This document shows, piece by piece, positions 48,030 to 62,595 of a stretch of DNA of 64,000 nucleotides (position 1 is the first letter of the stretch; each line of letters opens with the position of its first letter). The notes below the pieces were generated by a model that saw only the letters and a list, made by a program, of their open reading frames with translations, had not been told where the DNA came from and did not search any database. The position numbers and the translations under genes are program-made. The stretch is from assembly GCA_012295275.1 (NCBI GenBank), contig CM022665.1:6262001-6326000 (forward strand), written 5' to 3'. This DNA comes from Chrysomallon squamiferum (lineage: Eukaryota > Animalia > Mollusca).

Positions 48030-50188
48030 CCCACCCCCTTCTATTTCAGTGTCTCTTTGTCCAAGGAAATATTTGTTTTCTTTTATTAACTTTGTAAATT
48101 TATTCTATTAACTAAAACATTTTCACAATGCAGCCCGTTATTAGGCAAACATGTTTCTTTGTTTAATCGACAATTCCTCAGCTCTCGTTGAGAAGCGAAG
48201 AATCAATTAGTTGGCGCATTCTGCAATACTTCATGCGAGCTGCCTGGTACGAAAACATCACTTCAGTTTGCAGAAGCCGCAATCTGTGTCTCTTCACTGA
48301 TTGTATTTTCTGTCAGACCCGCTCATTTTTCTACTTATTTGTCTTAACTGACAATAGAATATAATTACGCTGTAGATCTTGGACAAGGGACGTCCATTGT
48401 GGCAAAATCATCAAGCGCGGAGCAGTTCTAAAAGCTTTCGGATGCTTTTCATCAAATTAAAATCCGTTTTCCCTTTAGACTGCTTCAACACATGATAAAT
48501 CTTACCACCTCAGAAAGCGTTATCGCGCTAAGAGGTTACAAGAACAATGGAGTGACGTGGAGTAGAGAAAACGGCACAGGCTTCACACCTTTTTTTTTAA
48601 TGAATATTAATATTTTTAACTTGATGATGATGATGATAATGATGATAAAATAATAATAATAATAATAATAATTATTATTATTATTATTATTATTACTACT
48701 ACTACTACTACTAATATGATAATAATAATAATAATAATTATTATTATTATTATTATTATTATTACTACTACTACTAGTATGATAATAAAATAAGAAACAA
48801 TACTACATCTAGAATTACTATTACAATTTCTTCTACTGCTAGAACTACTAATTTGTTTTCGGTTTTGTTTTGCTTTTATTTTTTTTATTTTTTTTCGCTA
48901 ATGACGCTTTTATTCTTTCTGCGAAAACATAAGAATGCTTTAAACTTTAAAAAATAAATAAAATAAACTGAAATTAAAGAAAAAGACAGAGAGAGATAGA
49001 GACAAAATACGGACAACAATAAGTTATTAAAAAGCTGTGTAGTGTCGTAATGCGCATGTAGACGGATACCTGATGAAAAACAAATGTTTACTCTTTGTTT
49101 ATTCACTTGTACATCTAAATTGGAATTTACCTCATCGATCGTGTTCGTGGCTGTTTTTATTTTCTTTTTTTTTTTTTTTTTTTTTTTGTTGTTGTTTTTT
49201 ATTTCGAACATTCAGCAGTTTAAAAAAACACAGAGTGATGAAGTATGGTTATCTGTGTTCTTGTCCTCGGGCTTTTTCTGGTGACGCAAGTTGCAGTCTT
49301 CACATTTGCATCAGAGCATAAATTGAACGTTTTGAAAACCAGCGGTAGTCATTTACATAATAACAGTTTTACACTGGAATTTTTTAAATTTTTGTTTCCT
49401 TTTTTATTTTATTTTATTTTATTTTATTTTTTTTAAATTAGCATTTTTCTTATACCTTTACATTTGGCAATAGTTTTGTTATTATTATTAGTAGTATTAG
49501 TATTAGTAGTAGTAGTAGTAGTAGCAGTAGTAGTAGTAGTAATAAGCTATGCTTTGTGCTTTCCAAAAAGAAATACGTACATAGATATAATTCTTATAAA
49601 ATCGATATAAATAGCTTGAAACAGTTCGGATCCAGGATGTCAGTATGTACTAACCTTTTTCATCTTTGTTACCGTTTTATCCGTTTTTTCTTTTTCATCT
49701 TTTGTTGTTTTTGGTGTGTGTGTGTGTGTATGTGTGTGTGTGTTTGTGTGTGTGTGTTCGTGATTTTTAAAAATGTCATCCTTGACTTCTGCGTTTATCT
49801 CCAGATAATATCACGTACGTAATAATACCATACCGGCGGTCACAATGATACAGGAGACATATTAGCCGAGACACCGTTATGTAACAGACGGGAAATTAGT
49901 ATGTTATCTCTCATCATTATCTTAAATTACCTGACGATTTTCCATTTTCATCGCACATCATTTAGCGTAGCACCTTCGACCATTATATTAATTAGAATCC
50001 AACTGTTCTGTCGTGACATTTACACGGTGAGCAGAATTTACCGATGTTTTCTCTGCTTCAATAACTTACTATTACGTAATGTAATATGCGTGGCGCTCGC
50101 CAGCTCGTTATTTTCGGTTTTAGCTACGCGTCGATTCATGAATTGCTGACAACTGGAAAACAAGAAGATCCAGAAGAAGAAGAAGAAG

Positions 50189-50219
<31 letters not shown>

Positions 50220-50339
50220 AGAATAAACTAAATTTTCTCACAGTGGTTCTGTTTCTATCCATTATGAATATCTATTTAAAATTATTCTTATGTTTTCGAT
50301 TTTCTAAAATGAGTTTAGGTCCGCCTTAACTAACTAACT

Positions 50340-50413
<74 letters not shown>

Positions 50414-50666
50414 CATATACACTTTTTTTTTTTTTTTTTTTAAACCTGAAAAGAAAAGAGAACGTTAAATAACATGGATGCTATAAAATTCACTTTATAA
50501 ATATACATGTTCTTTTTTCGTCTTGTTTCTTTTATTACTGCAGGTTAACCGCTAAAGTCTTCCTGCCACAAATGCGTACGCGAGTGCGCATTTTTCCTAA
50601 TAAACAGATGTTGAAGAGGAAATTAATATCGATCTTTGCCGAAAACTCTCATTGTGGATTTATTGA

Positions 50667-51590
50667 GATTACTCTTAGCAGAAACTATTGCGTCACTGCA
50701 GTCTCACTTCTTCTGGTTACAGATTACAGTTACAGCTGTTACTGTTACTGATTCTTTTAGCACAAACTGTCGCATCAATACAGTTACAGCTGTTCCTGTT
50801 ACTGATCGTTTAGCACAAACTGTCGCATCAATACAGTTACAGATACAGCTGTTACTGATTCTTTTAGCACAAACTGTCGCATCAATACAGTTACAGATAC
50901 AGCTGTTACTGATTCTTTTAGCACAAACTGTCGCATCAATATAGTTACAGCTGTTCTTGTTACTGAGTCTTTTAGAACAAACTGTCGCATCACTACAGTT
51001 ACAGTTCCAGTTGTTCTTGTTACTGATTCTTTTAGCACAAACTGTCGCATCACTACAGTTACAGGTACAGCTATTACTGTTACTGATTCTTTTAGCACAA
51101 ACTGTCTTACTACAGATTCTTTTTAGTCTTTTAGAAACAAACTGTCGTCACTACAATCACAGCTGTTCTGATTATTTATTTCTATTAACATAAACTGTCG
51201 CGTCACTTCAGTCAGTTACAGCTGTTTCTAATTATTTCTAATAACATAAACTGTCTGCGTCACTTCAGTCATAGCTGTTCTGATTATTTATTTCTATTAA
51301 CATAAACTACTGCGTCACTACAGTCATAGCTGTTCTGATTATTGATAATAACATAAACTATTGCGTCACTACAGTCATAGCTGTTCTGATTATTGATAAT
51401 AACATAAACTATTGCGTCACTACAGTCATAGCTGTTCTGATTATTGATAATAACATAAACTATTGCGTCACTACAGTCATAGCTGTTCTGATTATTTATT
51501 GCTATTAACATACACTATTGCGTCACTACAATCAAACTTATTCTTGTTATTAACTCTTTTATCAGAAACTATTTCTTCACTACAGTTATA
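50667..51590. repeat. Composite ~51-60-bp minisatellite, about 16-17 units, two subtypes sharing the core aaactrtygcrtcamtacagt...agctgtt
   Basis: Subtype A (ttactgattcttttagcacaaactgtcgcatc...) spans ~50745-51110; subtype B (attattgataataacataaactattgcgtcactacagtcatagctgttctg, 51 bp) spans ~51170-51530. Confidence 0.92.
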
Positions 51591-51834
51591 GTTACTTTAC
51601 CTAAGATTTAATTTGTCTGTTTTCTCTGACATAAATGCATCAAGTAGGCCTAATATAACATAATTTAATAATCTTGCTAATGAATACCAGAAATCTTTTG
51701 GGAACAGTTTACAAACGTGTCATGAATTCTCAAACTGCTTTGTTAGAAACTGGTATCCTATATGCAAAACATTGTACTAAATGTTTCGAAATGAAATTAT
51801 ATACAAATAAATAAATAAATAAATAAAAATAAAA

Positions 51835-51941
51835 TAATATAATATAATATAATATAATATAATATAATATAATATAATATAATATAATATAATATAATAT
51901 AATATAATATAATATAATATAATATAATATAATATAATATA
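51835..51941. repeat. (AATAT)n pentanucleotide repeat
   Basis: Direct reading. Confidence 0.95.
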
Positions 51942-54762
51942 AAAAAAAAATAAAAAATAAAAAGACACATCCTTTTCAAAACCAGTTCCTGGATTAATGC
52001 AATTACCACTGATAATTTCTTCCTTAAATTAACAACTGTGTTATGTAAATTGTGACAAAAGTATTAAGACTTTCTTTTTTTTTTTTGTTTTTTGGGGGGT
52101 TTGGGGTTTTTCAGATTATAATTAATATATAAATACAAATAAGTAATATATGTCAGATGTAAACTGTATCATAAGTCAGTTTCCTATCTAGATATAATTA
52201 TAAAAAAAATACAATGAATACAAAATGAATGTTAGATGTTCGGATGTCTTTAATCTGCGGTGTTTGTGAGTTACGCTGAGACCACCTTCTTTAAAATATT
52301 GTTAGTTCCTTATATTTCATTACTCATAATGAGTGTATGTGTGTGTGTGTGTGTACAATACGTGTATCTGTTCACATGTAATTTGGTAGACGCTACAAAT
52401 GAAGTTATACATTAATGTGATTTATGTTATATGCTTTTTAAAATCTTTTTTTACATTGATATCTATACATAGACAGTATGTTACATGTGTGTGTGTACAT
52501 GTAAAGATATATATTACATACATGCATAAACATAACATGGTTTTACTAAATAATTTGTAAAAAAAAATCAGAAAGTGATTTTCAAACACAATATATATAT
52601 ATATATATATATTATTATTATTATTTTTTTTTTATTATTATTATTATTAATTCCTTCGGGTTTTTTTTTTTGGGGGGGGGGTTGTTGTTGTTGTTTTGTG
52701 TTTTTCGTGTAGTTGTTTTTGGTTGGGGTTTTTTCATCACTCAAAGCAAAGGAATAATGTTTAAATCAGCGCTGTAGTTTGAAACGTTCTTCTGATAATC
52801 GGAATCCCAGTCAAAGCATTCTTTTTTATGACAATGGCTGGGCATCTTTCCTCACTGGAAACATTTCATTGCTAACTAATGAAATTTGCTAATAGCTGTA
52901 AACATTTCTTTATTATGCACGTCTATAATGGGTCGATCGTGTATGGCTTTTAGTTACGTTAATGAAGAAAACAAAAAAGGTCATTGAAATAATGAAACAA
53001 TCGTTCACCAGGATGACAGCCTGAAAAGAAAATCTTGTAGACGCTACAAATGAAGTAAAACGTTAATGGGATTATTATATGTATTTTTTCCATATTTACT
53101 TTAATAGCATTGTGACATTCAAAAGAGAGAAAATGCATAAAGACTAATGGCCTATTATGAGAAGACATTAACAATGGCTATGTTCTAGGTGTTGCACGGA
53201 ATCAGGTGTCGTTCTCGCTTATCTTAATCAATGGCTTTCGTACAATTCACCTGACATTCGTAGCAGTCGGCCATCTTGATCACTGGCGATGAATGAATTG
53301 GTTTGTTATTTTAAAAATAATCGTAACATGTTTTCTAAAGTTTTGGTCTATGTTTCATTTTACTTGAGTAAAATGTGATCGTTTCAAACAGCAACGAATG
53401 ATTAAAATCAGTTATTTACGAACTGATAGTAAACGATGTCATGTTGTGTTTTTTTTTTTTTTTTTTATTATTATTATATATATATATATATATAATTTTC
53501 TCGTTTTGAACGTTGTCTTCAAGTGTTTGCTGTAGAATGTTCTAAATGTGGTTATTTTTACATTTATAGCACTATTAAACTAACAGAAACGGGCATTGCT
53601 GTATTGTTCTGATTGCCTATAGCAGAATGAAGTATACTGTTAAGAGTTACCTGTAATACATAGCAGTACTGAAGCTAAGGTGTGACAAATTTGGCACGTT
53701 TCCTGGGCGCCATTTAAAGGATGGGAACGTCATGTTTTGTATGTTTGGGTTTTGAGTTGTTTTGTTTTGTTTTGTTTCGTTTTGTTTCCTTTGTTTGTTT
53801 GTTTGTTTGTCTGGGGCTTGATAATTTTTCTTGCTTTGTTCATTTTGTTTTGGACAAGGGTACAATTCCACTGCTTACTGAACAAACGCCCCTGATACAA
53901 AGGGTATGATAAGGGTCACAGTGGAAAAAAAACACACCAAAAGAACCAATTCGTGAAAATAAGTATTTCACAAAAAAGATGTGTGTGCTTAATCACAACC
54001 AATGCTACAAACATATAAGCTAATCATATATCAAAATCTAAACAAATCTGTGGTCTCAAGAAGCATTCTGCAGGGTTATAAGACAGCGAAAATTACGTGG
54101 AAGTACGAACGACATTGCACTATGACTGTTCTGGTACAATCTGCTCTCTTGATCACTGATAAACTATTTAGTAACACACTGGGCTGGATTATAGTGCTGT
54201 CGAGATCGGTGATCTTACAAATGCACTTCAGTGCCAACAATACAACATCAGAGTCAGCCTGTGTTATGAAAACCTTTATCAGCTTTTGTGCAAAGATCTT
54301 ATCTCTGGATATTAGAATATTATAGTGTTCAACTTTGAAATCTTTTTCAGATGGTGCTATTGATCAAAGAAGTCTTTAGAAAAATGTAATCATCAGTTTT
54401 TCATTTCGTTGTACAATATGTGTTTGAAAAGAACTGCATTAGGAAATAAAATGAAAAAAAAAAAAAAAGAAAAAAAAGCTTATAGTCTTTATTTAGATTC
54501 ATCTGTACTTAAGACAACTCTTTAACCATTCGAGAGGAAAAATACTTTTTCGTCTGTATTCTAAATAACAGCTGACCCCATTTTGTGCATGATTAATCCC
54601 TACCGCTCCATTTTTTTACTAAGATTACATTAGCATGTGAAGTAAGGAACATATTTTTCTATCACATGAATACTTACCCAACAAGTATATATAAAAATTG
54701 GTTTAATTAATATATATCTTTTTAAATATTAATTGCATATTAAATATACAAATGAAGTTTTG

Positions 54763-54822
<60 letters not shown>

Positions 54823-57316
54823 ATGTAACAATATTACATAAGAATATGGCCTAAAGTCAACAAAAGCAGCATTTTGTGGATTACCGAATCCTTTAAAAGA
54901 AGGTTGCTGTTTCTTGTTTGATTGTTCACATGCTTTTATGTCTTCCTGCCTCACATGGAGAGGTTCTGTTCTCTACGCAAGACGCATGGGTAAGAAGCAC
55001 TTGGAAATGCTCAGACAAACATCTGACAAAATGCTGTGACGTCTGTATCATGTCCTCTGTCGAAAACCGGCTAATTGAAACTGCCATGGATTTACTGACA
55101 GGGCTTCGCGGCTTGGTTTTTGTATTCTAATTTCTGTCCACTGTTGTTGTAACAACAATGATCAACTTGTGGCAGCGCAGAGTTTTACCTGAGGCCTGCT
55201 ATTGGCTAAACAGCATGCAGCCCTCCTTTGCATTCTCTTGTATTGTCGGAAGAAAGGTTTCTGCAATTACCGGTGTATTTGGCTGACACGTTTTGAAGTG
55301 TTCATTATAAATGTTGTGAGAACGACATATCTAAGTGCAAGCTTTTGTACAAGACATGGCGCTTAATTCTTCCTCAGTACTCGTATAAATATTAAATGAA
55401 AATAACGAAATGTTTTTTCTTCTTCTTCTTTTTTAATTTTTTTTGTGTCATTTTTGAAAAAATGTTTTAAAATATATTTCTTTTTTTTCTTTCTTTTTTA
55501 TGTTTTGTATGTTTGTACAATTTCTCTTGCTTTGTTCATTTTGTTTTAATTCTTTATGTTTCTCTTTTAATTTCTTTATTTCTTTTTCGTATATATATAT
55601 ATAAATAATAAAAGAAATTAAATATATATACATATATAAATTTCTTTTATTATTATTATTATTTTTATTTTTAAAATTATTGTCATTTTTAGCTATTATA
55701 GTCTGTTTTTACTATTATTATAATACATGTTTTATTACTATTTTAATATTTAATTTGCAAGCGTTGCTTTTTCTTTCTTTTATTTTCTTTATGTTTTGTA
55801 GTGATACGTTCAGTCTTTATTATCTTCACCAATCACTTGTTATTACAAATATATAACAGATACTATATACAAAATCTTTTTTAAAACATGCTGCGAGCAG
55901 ACTATCAAAACAAAATTAACATATATAACAAAACAAATTTAAAAACATCATCCATACTTCAAGCTGAAATGTTTTTGAAGAATCTGCTGAATATATTCTA
56001 GTATATATTTCAACATGCACTTATCGCCACTGATTTCATACAAGGGAAACATAAAAATTGTTTTTAACCATTAGACGAAGTTGTGTAGTGACAGGTCGCT
56101 GATTTACATCTGTCTTCTGTTGAGAAAAGTGCTCTGGATGGATTTGCTCAGCGTCAACACATTACACGGAAATACTGATTTCTCAAGTGAATCCTTCTAA
56201 TAAACACATCAGGAAAGATAGCGTATTTGCGTCTTGCTTTAAGGCATTGGAACGTTATATCTACCTATTAAAAGCAATCAAGAACCAGTTCCAATTAACC
56301 TCAAAAGAATACCATCCACTCCAATCTCGATGCAATTGTCCGTTACAACGGATGCGGCATCCATACGTCATTTTGTTCGTCGGGCAGGGAGAGATATACT
56401 CGGAGCTAATTTCGTGTTCATTAACTATTAAGATTGAGATTAGTGGAAGTGAGTGCATATTTTCTGCATCAGTACGGAGTAAAAAAAAAAAAAAAAAATG
56501 GACCTCGGGCTGGTTTGTCAAATTTGGGGTTTGAAACGCAGGGGTATTCTTTTTTTACTTCTGATTTTTTATAAAAATTTACTTTAACATGGCAGGTTTC
56601 ATAGGATCTTTAGAAAGCATGAGTACTACGTGAGTACTTACGTATGTATATCATCTACAACTAGCTATGTACTTACCTATGCATGCGTGCGTGTGTTTAT
56701 GTATTTATGCATTACAAACACTGATATGAGTACGTATTAAGCAGAGATACACGGAATATAAACATTTACTGTGAAAATAGCCCCATGTAAATAAGTACGT
56801 CAATCGTAGAATCTTGAACTGATTTGATTTCTTCAGTCTTATAATTTCAACACTGATGATGTTTGTCTGACGAAAGGAATGGATTTTAACAACATAACAC
56901 CAAAGGGCAAAGCAATCGAGAATTGGCATTTGACATTTAACTTTCTTTTTTCTCGTTTGACATCAACATGTTTATTTCAAAGTATGTTTGTGCGTGCACC
57001 TAGCGATTGCAAATGAATGACAAATGAATCAGATAAAAGAAATGGTAAAATATATAAATAAATAAAATAAGATATCTAGTTCTAGCAATAACAGTAGCAG
57101 TGATCTTGATAATAGTACAGGAGCAGTAGTGATGTGGTTAGCGGTAGTAGTAGTGCGTAGCAGTTGTTGTTGATGATGTTGTAGAAGGTTAATTTATACG
57201 TATTGAATTTTTCGTGTTTTTTTTTTCTATTTGGAGGTTGTTGTTTGGCTTTTTATTTTTTTTTTTTTTTTTTTTTTTTTGCTGCTGGGATTTTTGAGGA
57301 GTGTTTTGGTGTTGTT

Positions 57317-57416
<100 letters not shown>

Positions 57417-58155
57417 TTATGTTGTTAGCTGGGACATGGTTGCTGAAAGGTTTTCTTTTCGGCTTGAGGCTGTAGATCAAATAGAATTTGTTCCTACTCC
57501 AACAGCAAAGAAGAATCCAATTTAACCTTTTTTTTTTTTTAATTCTATTTCTAAACTAGCAGTGACAATTTTTTTTTGAAAAATCAAAATTAATGATTTC
57601 AGTAGCAGTCTAATGCTGGTACAGCATAACATCTGTTACTGTTTCTAGTTATTATTTTTTTTAATTGATATTCGTTCTTTCTTTCCAATAAAATGATACA
57701 TCATTTATCATTTCTTGACGTGACAGTAGAGTTTTTACAAGCCGTTCAACAACAATTCTGCTTATTAAATAACATAATATAAACTGTGCTCAGATCACTT
57801 TGTAAAATGAGTTGCATAATAAAAGATAGGGAAACATTTATTTATAAATATAGACAGAATGTTGTAACGTTCATTAGTTTAGATTTCCCGAGGATGGAAT
57901 GAAAATTCATACTTGATAGAAATGCAATAGCTTAGTTAACAGAAAACAAATCGTTTCTAAAACTAATCTTTAAAAAGCTTTCGGCAATGAATGAACAAAC
58001 ATCTGAAGACATCAAAAAAAAAAAAAGGAGGAAAATTTGCCATCAAAACCTATCTATCGATATTTAAACCATGGTTAGCTGAAAGAATAAAGATCACAAA
58101 TACGAAACTTTTCATGGGTGTACGGGTTCACGTATATACGAGAGTGAGAGAGTGA

Positions 58156-58276
<121 letters not shown>

Positions 58277-58677
58277 GATACTTAAAAAGTGGCAGACAGA
58301 TATTTATCAATGGACGTCACAGCAGCTAATCGGACGACAGTGTTGGTCCTGATCTTGCACAGAAATAACCAGGAGAACACAAAGTGATGAACATTAATGC
58401 TCCAAGATGACATTACTACCTGATAGCTCCAGACGACTCATATTTCTAGACACGCCAGAAACTCTGTTTGAAGAAGTTATCTGATATCTTTGACATTCAC
58501 ACCTTCTCATCTGCTGACTTACAGATCTGTCTTCTTATTTTTCTCCCTACGTCTTCACTCTGCTTGTTGGTGCTTCACACACAAATTGTATCTACCAACG
58601 ATAAATATAGTCGAAAAAAAAAAGATTTGCATATATAAAAACACACACACACGTACACACACACACGTACAAACACA

Positions 58678-59059
58678 CGTATGTATGTGTGTATGTATGT
58701 ATGTATGTGTGTGTATGTATATGTATGTATGTATGTATGTATATGTGTATGTATATATATGTGTGTATGTATATATGTGTGTTTGTACGTATGTTATGTA
58801 TGTGTGTATGTATGTATGTATATATGTATGTATGTATGTGTGTATGTATGTGTGTATGTATGTATGTGTGTTTGTACGTAGGTTATGTGTGTATGTATGT
58901 GTGTATGTGTGTAAGTATGTATGTGTGTATGTATATATATATGTGTGTATGTATATGTGTATGTGTGTGTATGTGTGTCTGTATGTGTATGTGTGTATGT
59001 GTGTATGTGTATATGTGTGTATGTGTTTGTGTGTGTATGTATCTATGTATGTGTGTGTG
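58678..59059. repeat. Compound (TG)/(TATG)n purine-pyrimidine alternating tract, ~380 bp
   Basis: Direct reading. Confidence 0.92.
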
Positions 59060-60325
59060 CACGGAAGAGGACAATAAAGCTAAAGACTGGTAAATGATTC
59101 TTCTGTAATTCAGAGCTCGCTCAGCCAGTAATTATCTCACAGGAATCACATTCTGTCGTGATTATAACGTAGTGGCGAACATGTTATTGTTTTGAAGGCT
59201 GCTGTATTTAGTAAATAAGCCAATTTGAACACATAAAGCTGGTTATTAGTTCTGTTCATTATGTTTCAAGATGATAAATAACGGATGACCTTCACTGAAG
59301 ATAATAACAGTAATAACTCAGCATTAAAACCAAAATATCTTTTTTTTACAATAATCATTTTATTGTTAATGAAAGTTTATTTCTAGTAATTTATTTTTAT
59401 TATTTTATTTTTATTTTTATTTATTTTATTTTTTTTTTTTCATATTTTACAGACAAACGTTATCACATTATTGCTATTTTATATTTTAATATTCTTAATT
59501 TTTACTTATTTTTGAATATATATATATATACATTTATATATTTTTTGTGTGTTGTTTATGCATGTGTATTACTAGATGAAGTAAATACTAATATATATTA
59601 TTTACAAAAACGTTTATTATTTGTTTATCTCTTTACATTAACTTTTTTTATTATTTATTTATTTATTTTTTTAATTTTTTTTTTATTTTTTTGTACTTTA
59701 CTCGGATATAAAAAAAAAATTATCGTTTCATCAACAAATAAAGTTAGGATATTTATGTAACAGTTCAGTTTTCCTAGCAGATATTTTATTCAATGCCTGA
59801 GGAAAAGAAGCCTTGCAAACATTTATTTTTTCAAAATCATCAGATACAGCAGCCTACGCTTGAGTACGAATCCGAGAAAGCGAAAAACGATATTATGTGC
59901 AAATAAAGAAAACAGATTCTGCGGAAGAATAATCATAAGACTGTTTATACATTTCGCATTATCATCACAAATATAATCATTTCCTTTCCGTATTATTTTC
60001 GTTTTGTGATTTTTTCCTCTATTTTGTTTATTTAGAAATACCGTTATTATTATTATTATTATTATTGTTATTATTGTTATTATTATTATTATTATTGTTA
60101 TTATTATTAATTATTATTATTATTAGTTGTTGTTGTTTTTTTTTACTTATAACTAATATTTATTAACATTTTTGATAACGTTTAACTTAAAAGTGCTAAT
60201 ACGCTGATAAAAGTGGAGATATAGAATGGAAATTTGTTTAGATTTTTTTTTTTTAATGTTATTTGTAAGAGAATGAGGTTTTGAAATATGTAAATGTCTA
60301 TCGGACAGAAGGTTTATTAAAGTAT

Positions 60326-60392
<67 letters not shown>

Positions 60393-60404
60393 TAGATAGA
60401 TAGA
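60326..60404. repeat. (GATA)n tetranucleotide repeat
   Basis: Direct reading. Confidence 0.95.
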
Positions 60405-61695
60405 TTCAGTAAACTGTTGTAAGTGTTCAAAATAACAGCGAGAGATCTTTTATATTCAAAACCCGCAACAGAATCTGTCATGGATGGAGTACTGGTTAGA
60501 ACAGGAATTCGCTGTATGATGTACCAAAGAGGACTGATCATGGACCCTGACGTCTCTAAATCCAGATAACTAACGGTCAACATGCAGACGTGAAAACTTG
60601 GGAGAAAGTCGACGTTAAAACAGTTAGATGTGTTATTATTCTTAAAGTTTTGCAACTTACATTTTTTAGTGTTAGTATTTTAATCACAAAGGTACGTCTT
60701 TTTCAGGCGCGGGATATCTGTATTAAAATAAATGCATCTTTTAAAACATGAACAAAACTATGTTGTTATACTAGGAATTTCAAACAAGGATACTCTATAT
60801 TTTCTAGTTGAAAGTTCATACAATGAAAAAATGTCGATCGATGAAAAAAAAATGAAAAATTACATGAAAAAATATATATCTTCATTATTCCGTTATAATC
60901 TATAAATATCTTTGTTCTTGGCGATATTCTAATAACTATTTTTTTTTATTTATTTAGCTTTAAAAATCGGAACACATTACAATTGATTTTTAAATGTGAT
61001 ATAAAATCATTATCTCAGTTACAGAAATATTTTCTAATTTAGACGTTTCAAACAAACGGTAAAAGAATAACAGTTATGAGGTTAAAAGTCTTACTGCTAA
61101 TAATATATGAAGAATCAAATAATTATTATTATTATGTTTTTATGTCTAAATCAAATTATTATTATTATTAACTTTTTAGTTTTTTTACTACTGGCAATTA
61201 AAAAATTGTTCAGTGCTAAAGATCTTTATAGAATTGCCCTCGAATTAGTTTTTCATGAATATCTTCCATCTAATATTAAAGTGATTGGAACAGTTTGTAG
61301 TTTGTATTGAATATTAAAAAGCAGTTAAATGTATTCAAAACAGGATAATTTCATCTTTGGCAAAACACAAGTAACTCAGTGCAAATGAGTGGTTTTTAAT
61401 TAGAAATATAAATCTCACAGTTGCTTAGTTAACTTATGTGAGCCGCCACATGCTCATGGATGGAAAAGTATTTATACGCACGACACGGGCATGTCCTTTC
61501 ACTGAACGCCATAATTATTGTGAACAAACAGACGCGTAAGAAAACTCTGACGGATATACGACAATAACTAGTTATTAAGATCCGTTAGTGAAAAGGCAAG
61601 AGATCTGGCATGCTTAGTGATGACCCATTGTTTGGTACGACAAAGATCACGAAGTACAAATGCGTCTATTAAAAAATACATAAAACATTAGAAAG

Positions 61696-61731
<36 letters not shown>

Positions 61732-62561
61732 GAATTCAGGTTAAACCGCACGACGTTTACGAAAAGTCAGCTGACGTCATTGAAATCTTTGAAATTGTTA
61801 AAAAGTTTACAGATAGTAGAATGACGGTATGCTTCCAGAAATTCAGAAGATACGCGAGAATATTATAACCACAAAATTTTATGGCTGTGCCTATAATAAT
61901 TTGACTGATTCAAAGCGATTTCAGTAACTGCAGTATCCCAAATATTAACCGACTAGACACTGTACTCAAGATTGACGATCCACCTTCAAAGTTTTTTCCA
62001 CGGCAAGCAAAGCCTCATTATTCTAATAACATTACAGAATATATGCAGAGTGATTCGTTCAGCTCTTTCTTGTGGTCTTCTAGGACATACAGTGTTGAAT
62101 CCTTGAATATGACTCAGACAGTACTGCAAGTAATAAGCAAACTGATCGTCTGCCACCTAAGCACGTGCGGCAACCTAAGAAGCTCCATTACATGGACTAT
62201 GTCATCACTTACACTTCGATACTACAGAGTAAGGTTAATGAGAAACTCTGTCGTTTTAAGGCACCTGATGGATCTGTTTACTACTGCATTTTTGGACAAC
62301 AATTGTCTTTTCTTGAAATCAATGAACACTGACATTTTTAACAGTTGTTAAGCATTGTGACCTTCATCTAACCTGAATAGAAACTGTCAGAACTGATTAT
62401 TAGTCAAACTGAAACACCGAATATTATCTTCTCCGTCTCATTAGCTGTAGAATCATCACATCCTTGAGATCATTGTATTATTTAAATCCAGTTCAGCTTC
62501 GTGTATATTTTTATAACTTCAACTTATATTTATTTCTGTTGTTCATTCGTTCGTTCATTTA

Positions 62562-62595
<34 letters not shown>

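Noticed and set aside
50667-51590. CRISPR-like repeat/spacer appearance
   Set aside because: Inter-core segments are themselves repeats rather than unique spacers; eukaryotic context with no cas genes.
58490-59093. Long MYVCVC-type ORFs
   Set aside because: Translations of the TG/TATG microsatellite. The same applies to the poly-I, poly-L, poly-S, ER and LS ORFs throughout the track.
60317-60655. 112-aa minus-strand ORF
   Set aside because: Runs into a GATA repeat; no recognisable domain or solid splice sites.
62043-62351. 102-aa ORF, and an antisense VFIDFKK reminiscent of a LINE RT motif
   Set aside because: No AFD continuation or other RT motifs; too short to support.
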